From contig CAVXKA010000002.1 in assembly GCA_963762255.1 (NCBI GenBank), forward strand, positions 224,001 through 288,000: 64,000 nt of DNA. The letters are read 5' to 3'. Below the pieces are notes generated by a model. It made no database searches. It was not told the origin of the DNA and saw only the letters and a program-made list of their open reading frames with translations. Positions 29,691 to 38,941 of the stretch are shown here, piece after piece (positions within the stretch are counted from its first letter, which is position 1; every line of letters begins with the position of its first letter). Source of the DNA: Candidatus Eiseniibacteriota bacterium. GTDB lineage: Bacteria; Eisenbacteria; RBG-16-71-46; JABDJR01. The position numbers and the translations under genes were made by a program.

Positions 29691-29880
29691 ACTACTTCTT
29701 GGATCTTCGGGATGCGCAGAGAACGCTCAGGACGTGGAGGGAGGAGTACAATACCGACCGGCCCCATGGCAGCTTAGGCAAGGTATCTCCGGTCCAATTT
29801 CGGACGGAGTGGACGAAAACCCAAGGGCCGAACGAGCTGGCAAATTCGCGTCCCTAAGGGCCCAAGGTTGGGGAGAAGCG
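29687..29880 (+). mobile_element. IS3-family transposase 3' remnant with right-end-like sequence
   Basis: QHYFLDLRDAQRTLRTWREEYNTDRPHGSLG (integrase core tail YNxxRPHxSL); GGCCCAAGGTTGGGGAG end-like sequence. Confidence 0.7.
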
Positions 29881-30029
29881 CCCTCCCCGCAAGGGCGCTC
29901 TTCGAAGCACTCGGCCAGAAACTCGCCCAAGTCGCCTGATCCTTTTGACGCATTGGGGCTAGCTGCACAAGCGCTCCCAGCGGGTCATCCCGTGACCAGC
30001 CTTCGTCTCGTTCCAAGACCACGACCAGC

Positions 30030-30190
30030 ACGATGGGGCCACCTGACACGATCCCTGGGATGATCGTGCTGAGAGGCCCGGTCAAGAGCCAGAACCAGAG
30101 GAACTTCGCGCTAGGCGGTGACATGGGGAGATCAACGAATGGGCTCTCAGTCCACATTCGGGTGGGGACCTTGCGGTATCCGCTCATCAC
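30030..30190 (-). pseudogene. Prophage replication-initiator N-terminal remnant
   Basis: MSGYRKVPTRMWTESPF..PPSAKFLWFWLLTGPLSTIIPG resembles phage replication protein N-termini; downstream sequence degenerates. Confidence 0.5.
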
Positions 30191-30411
30191 CGCCCCCTTC
30201 CTGCTACGGTCGGGCCCCGTCTTGCCGCACCAGCACGGCGACGACGAATGCTAACGACCTCCATATGCTCGGGGTGACCGCCCAGCATGGCCACGGACCT
30301 CGAACACCGTCGGGTAGGGACCTTTGTCTCCTGGTACTTCGGGTGGGGGCAAGCGGGGTAGGTTCCCGGCCGCATCCTGGGATCGCGCTTCAAAACGCGT
30401 GCGCGCTTCAT
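30187..30411 (-). CDS. Small basic phage-like hypothetical protein
   Basis: GGAG RBS, TGATG coupling to the replication remnant. Confidence 0.35.
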   Translation of the reverse strand: MKRARVLKRDPRMRPGTYPACPHPKYQETKVPTRRCSRSVAMLGGHPEHMEVVSIRRRRAGAARRGPTVAGRGR

Positions 30412-30612
30412 CTCCACTCCTGTGTGTCTCACGACTTCATGAAGGCATGGCGCGGGTCACATACCTCGGTTAGAGTCGACAACGCAGTCTCGACGGGCTC
30501 CGGCATTCAGAGTCCCATCGTCGGGGCAAGCACGGCCCGACTGGGGCGCGGAGAATTCGCGGGCTGATGCTCGACGAAGGGCTCTATGCGGAGACCCTTC
30601 GCAAGGTGCTGC

Positions 30613-31503
30613 GCGCTGGCCCATCGACCGCCCCCGCCCCTACGAACGGAACCCGCGGACCCATAGCCCCGAGCAGATCACCAAGATCGCGGCGAGCCTC
30701 CTCGAGTTCGGCTGGACGAACCCGATCCTCGTGGACGCCGACTCCGGGATCATCGCCGGCCACGGACGGCTGCTCGCCGCCCGGGAGCTTGGGATGACGA
30801 TCGTCCCGGTGATGGAGCTCCCCTATTTAACGGAAGCCCAGAAGCGCGCCTAGTCATCGCCGACAACCGTCTGACCCTGGACGCAGGCTGGGATGAAGAC
30901 CTCCTAGCCGAGGAGATGAAAGCGCTCAATGACCTTGACTTCGACCTCGCGCTGACCGGGTTCGATCTCGACGAGCTATACGATCTCCTCGAGGACGAGA
31001 TCGCCGAGGAGCCCGTCACCCGGCCAGGAGCCCCCTGGATCCTCGGCGACCACCGCCTTCTCTGCGGGGGACTCCTCCGATCTCGCGGCCGTGGATCGAC
31101 TCCTCGCCGGCGCCCCGGTCCACCTCGTCAACACCGATCCGCCCTACAACGTGAAGGTGGAACCGCGCTCCAACAACGCGATTGCCGCGGGACTCTCGAG
31201 CTTCCCCGCGGCGAAGAGCGTCGTGGAAGCCTCCGACGCCCGGGGCATGCACCACCAGGGATTCGACCTCGCTCGCCACAGGACGAAGTCGAAGCCCACC
31301 GGAAGGATGCGGGCGAAGGACCGCCCCCTGCTGAACGACTTCGTCTCCGACGAGGCGTTTGAGGAAATGCTGCGGGCGTGGTTCGGGAACATTGCGCGCG
31401 TTCTTCTGCCGGGTCGCGCCACTTACATCCGGGGCGGACACGCGAACTGCGCGAACTACCCACCCGTGCTTGAGGCGGTGGGCCTCTACTTCTCGCAACT
31501 GGT
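30613..31503 (+). pseudogene. ParB-N + N6/N4 DNA methyltransferase fusion (prophage type), frameshifted and truncated
   Basis: RNPRTHS..IAASLLEFGWTNPILVD..IIAGHGRL; ADNRL..WDEDLL; LGDHRLLCG; TDPPYNV; frameshifts near 30852 and 31068. Confidence 0.85.
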
Positions 31504-31753
31504 GTTTCTCATCACCTCTCCCAAGGCCCTGCCCATGTACGCCACCTCGTTCTGGTCGATGGCGTGCGTGTGACTGGCCCGCACGGAACGTTCGCGTGAA
31601 GTTGCGCTTGGAGCGGCGCTGAACCTGCTCTTGGGCATCTGGTGATACTTCGACGCGGGGGCCTCCAGGGGATGTTCGGGACTTGGATTCAGGCCCTGGC
31701 GATCGCCTGGACCGCGGCCGTTCCGGTGGCGCTGGCCTGGCTCGTCCTTCGCG

Positions 31754-33067
31754 TCATTCGACGCGAGGAGGAGACCCGGCTCCGGCATCCAAGACCACCC
31801 CTGGCGGCGTGACGGCGCCGGGCGGCTCTTCCACGAGGCCGGCGGTGCTCCGGTGGAGGGGCCCCGCCTCGAACATCATCCGCCGGGCCTGGACGAGAAG
31901 GGTCCAGTTGTTGGCGACGACGAGCACCACCAGAAGCCAACCCGCAATCACCGTGGGCCGCTTCGCCGCCCACGCTCCCCCGGCGGCCACGAGCACCAGG
32001 AGCGGCAGGAACTGGATCGCGTAGAGAAAGGTCTCGTCGCCGAAGAGCAGGTAAACGAGCCACTGCGCCAGCAGGGACCCGACCACCACGAGCATCGGGC
32101 GGAGAGGCCAGTGGCGAAGACCACCCACCACGCCGACGAGCAGCACCCCTGTCCAGAGCACCGCGGCGGGCACACCCCACGCCGTTCCCGAACCGATCGG
32201 CGCGGCCTGAACGCTCAACAGGAACTGGTTCGAGTCCGTGAGCGGAAGCCGCAGGAGCCTCGGCATGACCATGGCGTGAAAGAGCATGGCTCGCGAGACC
32301 GGCCAAAGGCCGCCGAACACGTCGTGGGACAGGTACTGGGCTTCACCCATGGCGCCGAACACGAACAGCCCGGACGTCGGGAAGAGCCGGCGCTGCAAGA
32401 GCGCCAGCCCCACGACGAGCACTCCGGCCAGGATCGTGACCGCCGCCGCGCGCCGCCGCCGGAGGCAGACGGCCGAAGCCAGAACGCCGGCGCTCCAGTT
32501 CGTCACCGTCGCGCTCAGCGTGCCGGCGCTGGCCAGGACCCAGAGCGCGGCCGGCGTCCGCCGCCGTTCGTTCCATGCCGCCAGCGCCATCATGAGCAGG
32601 ATGGTGAGGGACCCGAGGCCGTAAGTCTCCGGGATGGAGTACCAGAACAGCGACGAGGCGCTGACCATGCCGAGCAGGGTGTAGGGCAGCGCGACGCTCA
32701 CGGGAAGGCGGATCAGGAGCAGAACCAGGAGGAGGACGGCGGACCAGGCTCCGGCGATGAGGGCGTGGTAGATCCGCGCCGCGACCAGGGGGTCGGTGCC
32801 GGCGACGGCCCGGATCGCGGCGACCACCGGGTACGAAAGCAGGGAGTAGAGGGGATGGACCGAGTCGCGATAGTGGAAATGGCTGTGGGCGTCAGTATCC
32901 ACCCCGACCACCCGCTCCGGGTCGGCGTCGAACCAGTAGTTGGAGTAGGCCGGGGTGTAGAGAGCGGTGGGAATCCTCCGCGAGAGCATGAGGGACCCGG
33001 TGATGCCCCCGCCGGCGACGATCAGGAGCAGGCCGACGAGCATCAACCGGTTCGTCCTCGGTCTCAT
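31754..33067 (-). CDS. Multi-pass membrane protein, GT-C/DUF6080-like
   Basis: About 10 hydrophobic segments, first loop NYWFDAD...HPLYSLL, PETY motif. Confidence 0.65.
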   Translation of the reverse strand: MRPRTNRLMLVGLLLIVAGGGITGSLMLSRRIPTALYTPAYSNYWFDADPERVVGVDTDAHSHFHYRDSVHPLYSLLSYPVVAAIRAVAGTDPLVAARIYHALIAGAWSAVLLLVLLLIRLPVSVALPYTLLGMVSASSLFWYSIPETYGLGSLTILLMMALAAWNERRRTPAALWVLASAGTLSATVTNWSAGVLASAVCLRRRRAAAVTILAGVLVVGLALLQRRLFPTSGLFVFGAMGEAQYLSHDVFGGLWPVSRAMLFHAMVMPRLLRLPLTDSNQFLLSVQAAPIGSGTAWGVPAAVLWTGVLLVGVVGGLRHWPLRPMLVVVGSLLAQWLVYLLFGDETFLYAIQFLPLLVLVAAGGAWAAKRPTVIAGWLLVVLVVANNWTLLVQARRMMFEAGPLHRSTAGLVEEPPGAVTPPGVVLDAGAGSPPRVE

Positions 33068-33146
33068 GGTCGCTCCTCTTCACGCTCGCGCCGCCGGCCG
33101 GACGGGGAACTCCCCGACCGCGCCGGGATTCTATGACCCTCGCCGC

Positions 33147-35483
33147 CTACCGGTAGATCAGGCGGACGGTCCGGGCCCCGGCGGGGATCTCCAGGCGTCC
33201 CCTGCCGTCGGCCGGCACCGGCGATCCGTCCACCGAGGCTTCCATCCGCATCCCGCGTGGAGGGCAAAGCAGGTAGCCTCCCGGAGGGTGCGCCGTCCCC
33301 CCCAGCTCCAGGGTCGCGCTTTCGTCGCGCGGTTCCAGGGCGACCGTCGCCGCTCCGAAATGGGTGGGCGCATCCGCCAGCCTCACTCCGTGCGGATCGT
33401 CGAACCAGGCCCGCGGAATCCCCGCGAACAGCACCAGCCGGTCGCCTTCCTCGTGAACCAGGCAATCCCGCATCAGGAGCCAGAACTCAGCAATTGACCA
33501 CCCGTGGGGCATCGCCACGCTCTCGTGTCCCTGCTTCCACCGGGTGCGCACGTGGTTCCAGCCCCCCGGGCCGCTGGACCCGCCCTCGTCGAGGACGTAC
33601 CATCCCCTCATCTCGTCCGTGTCCAGATACGCGTCGATCGTCCCCCCGCCCGCCTCGCGGTTTCCGGCCAGAAGACCCTGGTGTGCGGTAGCCAAGACGA
33701 AGTAGTGCCATCCTCCCGGCTTCCCGGCGGCGATCCCCCGGAATCGCTTGAGGACGGGGCCTCGGTCCGGGGGGAACAGGCCGCAGGGCCACAGCACGCA
33801 GTACTTCCCGTATCCGGCCTCCGGGTGCTTCCGGTGCTTCGCGGCGTAGACCTCGGTCAGGGAGTCCGCCAGCCCCCCGAACGTGCGGGCATCGGCCGGG
33901 GCTCCCGCCGCCTGGGCCAGCCCGGCCGCCGCCCGCAGCCCCGCCGCGTCGAAAGCCTCCGTGTACTCGGGATGCTTGCCGTCGCACCGGCCGGGAACCA
34001 GGAGGTTCCGCCGGCCGGGATCCAAGTCCGGGCCGAAGTCCAGGCCCTCGCGTGAGACCCAGTGCGGGGTCGGGGTGGTGCGCAGGTAGCGGATCATCCG
34101 ACCGAGCCGCTCCGCCCGTGGGTACGCCTCCCGCAGCCACAGGGTGTCGCCGGTGAGCTTCCAGTATTCCCCCATGAGCCAGAGGATCTCACCGGGGCTG
34201 TCGGCCTCGGGTTCTATCCGGCCGCTGAAGGGATGCTCCCAGAAGTAGCGGAGGGTAGTGCGGGCAAGATCGGCGCGACCCGCCTTCAGAAGCGCGTCGG
34301 CCATGAAGACGCCGTCCCGGGTGAAGACGTTGTAGTTGGTGACCGCGACGTCGAGGGCACCCTCGTTCATGCACAGGGCGAGGTGGGCGATCGCGGCCCG
34401 GAACGCCTCGGACCAGCGCGGGTCGGGCGCCTCGAGCGAAGCGGTGCCCGACGCCCGCGACCAGACCGTATCCGCCGCCGCGAGGAGGGAGTCGACCGGG
34501 AGCCGCCGAAGGCAGGCGAGGGACGGATCCGCCTGGAGCTCGCCGGCCGAGCCCTGCATGGGAACGGCGAGGTCTTTCTGCGCCCACGGGTCCACTCCAT
34601 CCCAACGGTGTGGAACGGCCGGGCGGCCGGGCAGAACCGGCAGCACGAACCCACGCTCGATCGTCTTTCCGGGGAGGGTGTCCATGTCGAAACGCAGGGC
34701 TCCGCTTGCCGAGCCCGCCGCGGACGCGGCGGAGGTGTCGGCGGGAAAACGGCCCTCCAGGAGCAGGCGGGCGACGTCCGACTCGGTCACTCCCGCGGCG
34801 CTGGCCGTGGTGTCCGAGACCACCGCGGCATGCCCGTCCACGAGCAGGGCGTCGCCTCTCGCGTCGGTTTCGATCGAACGAACCGGTCCTCCGGCCGGTC
34901 CCAGCGGGCGGAGAGCCACGACCAGAGACACCGTCCCCGGCGATCCGGTCGTGTTCGTCACCAGGCACCGGACGGCCACGACTTGCAGGGGACCGGCCGC
35001 GGTGAGCGTCTCAACCTGTCCAAGCCGGATCCTGAGGCGGGTGCCGCCCGCCTCCCATTCGATCCAGGGAACCAGGAGCCCCTCATCCAGCCCCCGGCTC
35101 GCGGAGATGCCGTTCATGGTGGCTCCGGTTACCCGTCCGCCGGCACCGTCCAGGAGCCAGAAGTACACCCCGTAGGTTCCGAAGCCAGGGGAAACGCTTC
35201 CTTCGGCTTCCACGAAGGACTTGAGAGCGTCGAGCGAGTCGGGGAGGCCGAGGGGAACGTGGATCCGGCCGAGGGGATCGAGAGGCGTCCAGCCGAGGGT
35301 ATCCGCCCCACCCGCGACCGGGCCCGCTTCCCGGGGCGCGCCGGCGTCGGGGCCGGGCTCGCGGTGCCGGCTGCCGCAGCCCGGGCAAGCCAGGAGCAGG
35401 AGACCGGACAGGAGCAGGAGACCGGACGGAAGCAGGGGTCTTTCGACCGGGGCGGAATACCGGCGCCGGCAAACCCGACTCAT
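33147..35483 (-). CDS. Putative lipoprotein glycoside hydrolase with (alpha/alpha)6-barrel
   Basis: Hydrophobic signal ending LLACPGC; YNVFTRDG, EADSPG, YWKLTGDxxWL, MPHGW, LFAGIP..W, APTHFG; start uncertain. Confidence 0.65.
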   Translation of the reverse strand: MSRVCRRRYSAPVERPLLPSGLLLLSGLLLLACPGCGSRHREPGPDAGAPREAGPVAGGADTLGWTPLDPLGRIHVPLGLPDSLDALKSFVEAEGSVSPGFGTYGVYFWLLDGAGGRVTGATMNGISASRGLDEGLLVPWIEWEAGGTRLRIRLGQVETLTAAGPLQVVAVRCLVTNTTGSPGTVSLVVALRPLGPAGGPVRSIETDARGDALLVDGHAAVVSDTTASAAGVTESDVARLLLEGRFPADTSAASAAGSASGALRFDMDTLPGKTIERGFVLPVLPGRPAVPHRWDGVDPWAQKDLAVPMQGSAGELQADPSLACLRRLPVDSLLAAADTVWSRASGTASLEAPDPRWSEAFRAAIAHLALCMNEGALDVAVTNYNVFTRDGVFMADALLKAGRADLARTTLRYFWEHPFSGRIEPEADSPGEILWLMGEYWKLTGDTLWLREAYPRAERLGRMIRYLRTTPTPHWVSREGLDFGPDLDPGRRNLLVPGRCDGKHPEYTEAFDAAGLRAAAGLAQAAGAPADARTFGGLADSLTEVYAAKHRKHPEAGYGKYCVLWPCGLFPPDRGPVLKRFRGIAAGKPGGWHYFVLATAHQGLLAGNREAGGGTIDAYLDTDEMRGWYVLDEGGSSGPGGWNHVRTRWKQGHESVAMPHGWSIAEFWLLMRDCLVHEEGDRLVLFAGIPRAWFDDPHGVRLADAPTHFGAATVALEPRDESATLELGGTAHPPGGYLLCPPRGMRMEASVDGSPVPADGRGRLEIPAGARTVRLIYR

Positions 35484-35629
35484 GCGCCGGCGAAACGGGC
35501 CGTCGTCCTGCCGGGGTCGTGGATCCCCTCCGCCGACGGGAGTCGGGAACGGCGACGGTCGGATCCCGGCGGCGCGGCCGTCCTCCGAGTGCAGCTCAAG
35601 CGGGGTCTCCTCCTGATTTCAGGGACGAG

Positions 35630-35786
35630 TGTAATCGCCGGTCCAAAAGTGCGGTGGGTGGCGGTCGAAAAGTCCGGCACCCGGGACAGTGATAAGCCCC
35701 TCGATGGAGGGGCGTCAACGAGTTTCTCCTAGTTGGTCTTCTCCGGGGTGATCCGGGGTCGCTTCTGACGGGTCTTGGCTTGTCCC
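35630..35786 (-). mobile_element. IS21-family terminal inverted repeat and probable istB 3' remnant
   Basis: TGTAATCGCCGGTCCAAAAGTGCGG...GGCGGTCGAAAAGTCCGGCA (TG end, tandem AAAAGT boxes); minus-strand ORF tail GQAKTRQKRPRITPEKTN*. Confidence 0.55.
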
Positions 35787-35889
35787 AGGCGGAAGAAGTC
35801 CCTCAAGCGCACCTGCCTCTACGTCCTCAAGAGCGCCTCCACGCTGCGCTACGAGATCTTCGGGGGGGGCGGCATCGTCCGCTACCCGC

Positions 35890-36985
35890 TGGCCGCGCCA
35901 CCCTCGGCCACGATGGCCATCAGCCGCGCCCCCATGCGCCCGGCTTTGCCCTCGGCCTTGATGTGATCGCCTGCCATCGGCGTGCCCGACATCAAGCACT
36001 TGAAGTTCGCTCCGCGCGCCAGCTTGGTCCCGTTCTTCGCTCCCTCCGCATCCCTCGGCTTCCCCACCTTCACCGTGAACCGATAGCCGCCGTCTTCGAT
36101 CACCGGCTCGACATACGCCTCCTAGCCCTCCTTCGTGGAGAGCATGAACGTGGATGCACGCGGCACGTCCACCTGTGAAAACGCCGGGTTGGGGCTCTTC
36201 ACCGTGCGCGCCCAGAGCCAAGCGATCACGGTGAGCGACTTGCCGACGTACGGCTTCAGGTCCGGCCGCTCCTTCGCCATCTCGGCCGTGACCTCAATCT
36301 TGGGATAGAGGTGCCCGATGCGCTTCTCCGCCTCGTCGCGCATCCGCTTGCCGTAGTAGCGCACATCCTCGGCAAGCCCTTGCGCACCCTTCCACGACCC
36401 CGAGTGACCCGTGCTCTCGCGCGACTCGGGATTCACCGGCGGCTTCCCCGCGAACTTGGGCGGGATCTCGATCATCGCCTTGTTGATGAGCACCGCCACC
36501 GGATTCAAGTCGCTGGCGTAGGCCTCGAGCCCCAACCGCTGCGCCTCCAGCGGCAGTGCGCCGCCGCCCGCGAAGGGATCGTGGAAGGCGGGGAGCTTGT
36601 GGCGGTCGAACAGTTCCTTTGCCCGCGGATGGTCGGCGTTCTCGGCGCAGGTGTAGCGCCAGCTCTGCCAGATCTCGTCGCGGGCCGCCTGGAGCACCTT
36701 TTCGTTGGTGGTGTTCTCCCACAGGACGAGGTCTTCGATGATGCGGAAGAGCCGCTGGCGCTCCTTCTCCTGTTTCTTCTCGGTCGGGAACAGGTCCGGA
36801 TGCGCCGACGGATCGTCCACCATCTGCGCGAAGATCACCGCCCGCGCCGCCGCCAAGGGACGGCGCGCCCACCACAGGTGGAGCGTGCTCGGGTGCCCGT
36901 GGCGGATCGACTTCTCCCGCGCGGACGCCTTGTTGATGGCATCGAGCGGGAGGGCGACTTCGATGAGTTTCTTGGCGGTCTTCAT
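35890..36985 (-). pseudogene. N-terminal part of DUF1156 adenine-specific DNA methylase, in-frame TAG at 36122-36124
   Basis: [35 protein letters not shown] (SAM motif I), DLNPVA; frame continues after TAG ([23 protein letters not shown]) then breaks. Confidence 0.85.
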
Positions 36986-37004
36986 TGGGCGGACGGACCT
37001 TCAT

Positions 37005-37333
37005 TCACCCCAAAACGCACGCAATGGAAATCTTTGAACGACAAGCACTTACTACCTGGATTGCGTCGGAATTGCGTTTTGAGCCCGCTAAGAACCAGCG
37101 GGCGGCCTTGGTGGTCCCCATGATCTCGATCCGCTCAGTTCGCTTCAACTCACGGAGCAGAGTCTGCACCTGATCACGGCTGAGGCTGGGAAGAACCTGC
37201 TGCAGCTCACCCAGCGTGGTTCCGGTCGCAGCCAAATCCTCGATGTGCCGCAGCAGGAGTGACTTGTTCGTCTCGCGGTCGAGTGCGCCTTCGGGGCTGT
37301 CCAGAATCACTTGGACTCTTCAGCGGTTGTCAT
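37005..37333 (-). pseudogene. Internally deleted AlbA/RecG-C-like gene (N-terminal stub joined to C-terminal wHTH)
   Basis: ATG 37333 MTTAEE/ILDSPEG joined to LDRETNKSLLLRHI..ELQQVLPSLSRDQVQTLLRELK..GTTKAARW. Confidence 0.5.
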
Positions 37334-37347
37334 CGTGACGCCTCCGA

Positions 37348-37413
37348 CCGCGCAGAGGCCTTGCTGATGGCATCCAGCGGCAGGGCGACTTCGATGAGCT
37401 TCTTCGGAGTCAT
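37348..37413 (-). repeat. Second, diverged copy of the DUF1156 5' end (direct repeat of 36917-36985)
   Basis: [22 protein letters not shown] vs [23 protein letters not shown]; mostly third-position differences. Confidence 0.85.
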
Positions 37414-37496
37414 AGTCCTTCCCTGCCACTCGCGTCGTCCGTCACTTCGAAGGCGGCACTTGCGGGCGAAGCCACTGATGAACGGACTTGAAGAGG

Positions 37497-37573
37497 TGGT
37501 GGCCCCGGGGTGACTCGAACACCCGGCACGCGGTTTAGGAAACCGCTGCTCTATCCACCTGAGCTACGGGGCC
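37497..37573 (-). tRNA. tRNA-Arg(CCT)
   Basis: GGCCCCGTAGCTCAGGTGGATAGAGC...GCGGT-TT-CCT-AA-ACCGC...CCA. Confidence 0.95.
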
Positions 37574-37611
37574 ACGGGCCAAGCGACTATAGCCGCTCCG
37601 CCCGGCCCCCG

Positions 37612-38853
37612 CTACGCCGGCACGTTGCGCACGTAGGTCTTGCGCAGGCCGACCCCGTCGATACGGGCAACGCCGATCTCGCGGCCGCCCGCACCCCGCG
37701 CCGGCGCGTACACCTCCTCCATCCGCAGGAACCAGGTCGCCTTGCGGCGGTTCAGCTCGATCCGCTGCTCGACGTTGAGCTTCTCCCCGACCAACGCGTT
37801 GACCGCGTCCTCGGGCACGAGAAGATCGTTCAGGATCGCCTCGAGACCCGGGCTCACTTGCCCGCCCACGACGGCCGAGAAATTCTCCGCCCGCAGGACG
37901 TAGCCCGTATCCTTCTTGATCACGAAGCCCTGGACGGAGAACCCGCCGAGCGCCCGAATCTCCTTCTCTTGCTCCGGTCTCACCCCGCTCGCGTCCTTGT
38001 ACATCCCCTCCCCACCTTCCTGCGAGATCTGCGGCTCCGCCGCGAGCACGAGGGGTACGATCGTCACATCGAGATCCTTGTTGGGCGTGGGGAGGTTCCC
38101 CCGTTCCATGGCGTCGATGCGGTACGTGGTCCCGTCATGCCGACCTGCGTCGAACATGAGCACCACCGGCTGCGCGCCCTTGTCCCCCTTCACCATCTCC
38201 TCGATCGATCGCTCCCGCAGTCCGGGAATTCGGATGTAGTAGGTCTCGACGATGGCGCTCTTCCCTAGCCAGAAGGGCCAACTCGTGACCTCCACCGAGG
38301 CATAGCGCGAGTCGTCGGGGTTGATGAGCCCGGCGAGCGCGTTGCCTCCGCTCGCGGGGCGCGCGGCCAGGGCGAGAACGTCTCCGAGCGAGGTCTTGCG
38401 GTCGTAGCTCTTGGACGCGTGGTCGCGAACCACCGCGCCGATCCCGACCACGACGGCGAGAATCCCCAAGAACAGGAACGGCAGATACAGCTTCTGCTTC
38501 GCGGTCGGCCCGAGGGTGTGCTCGTGAAGAACCTCCATGGTGCTCGCCGGGGGGAGGACGGATCCCTTCCCCGCGCTCACCGGAGGATGCTTGGGATGAA
38601 GCTCCTCGAGGCTCGCCACCTCGACCAGCCGCATATGCCGCTCTGCGGCCTTGCTCTTGATCGCCGCAAGCGCCTCGGCGCCGTATGGCCCGGAGCGGAT
38701 GATCGTGCTCATCATGTTGAGCGGCTCGTACGCGCCGAGCCCGAGATCCCGGGCGAGCTTCTTCGCCTCATCCTCTCCGTGCGTCAGCCCGGAGACCTCG
38801 ACCATGCCCTTGGCATCCACTCGCAATTCAAGCGTCGCAACGTGGGTCGTCAT
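37612..38853 (-). CDS. Hypothetical single-TM membrane protein
   Basis: 413 aa, AGGTGAGG RBS, one TM (LYLPFLFLGILAVVVGIGAVV), GC3-rich codon usage. Confidence 0.7.
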   Translation of the reverse strand: MTTHVATLELRVDAKGMVEVSGLTHGEDEAKKLARDLGLGAYEPLNMMSTIIRSGPYGAEALAAIKSKAAERHMRLVEVASLEELHPKHPPVSAGKGSVLPPASTMEVLHEHTLGPTAKQKLYLPFLFLGILAVVVGIGAVVRDHASKSYDRKTSLGDVLALAARPASGGNALAGLINPDDSRYASVEVTSWPFWLGKSAIVETYYIRIPGLRERSIEEMVKGDKGAQPVVLMFDAGRHDGTTYRIDAMERGNLPTPNKDLDVTIVPLVLAAEPQISQEGGEGMYKDASGVRPEQEKEIRALGGFSVQGFVIKKDTGYVLRAENFSAVVGGQVSPGLEAILNDLLVPEDAVNALVGEKLNVEQRIELNRRKATWFLRMEEVYAPARGAGGREIGVARIDGVGLRKTYVRNVPA

Positions 38854-38941
38854 GATCCCTCACCTGCCCCTTTCACTCGGAATGGAGGAGCCCGCGAGCC
38901 CGATCGTGCGATGGGGCCCGCGCCTGACAGATTTCCAGTCT

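Larger units (their letters stand above)
29132..37496. mobile_element. Decayed genomic island at the 3' end of tRNA-Arg(CCT)
   Basis: Mosaic of methylase, IS and phage remnants immediately 3' of a tRNA; no integrase or second att copy seen, left boundary approximate. Confidence 0.65.

Noticed and set aside
35391-35426. 18-bp direct repeat CAGGAGCAGGAGACCGGA x2
   Set aside because: Only a duplication of SGLLLL in a signal peptide; no evidence of function.
36122-36124. In-frame TAG in DUF1156 as possible readthrough or recoding
   Set aside because: TAG is used as a normal stop elsewhere in the window (pheS, rplT, rpmI) and the gene is also truncated, so it is a pseudogene lesion.
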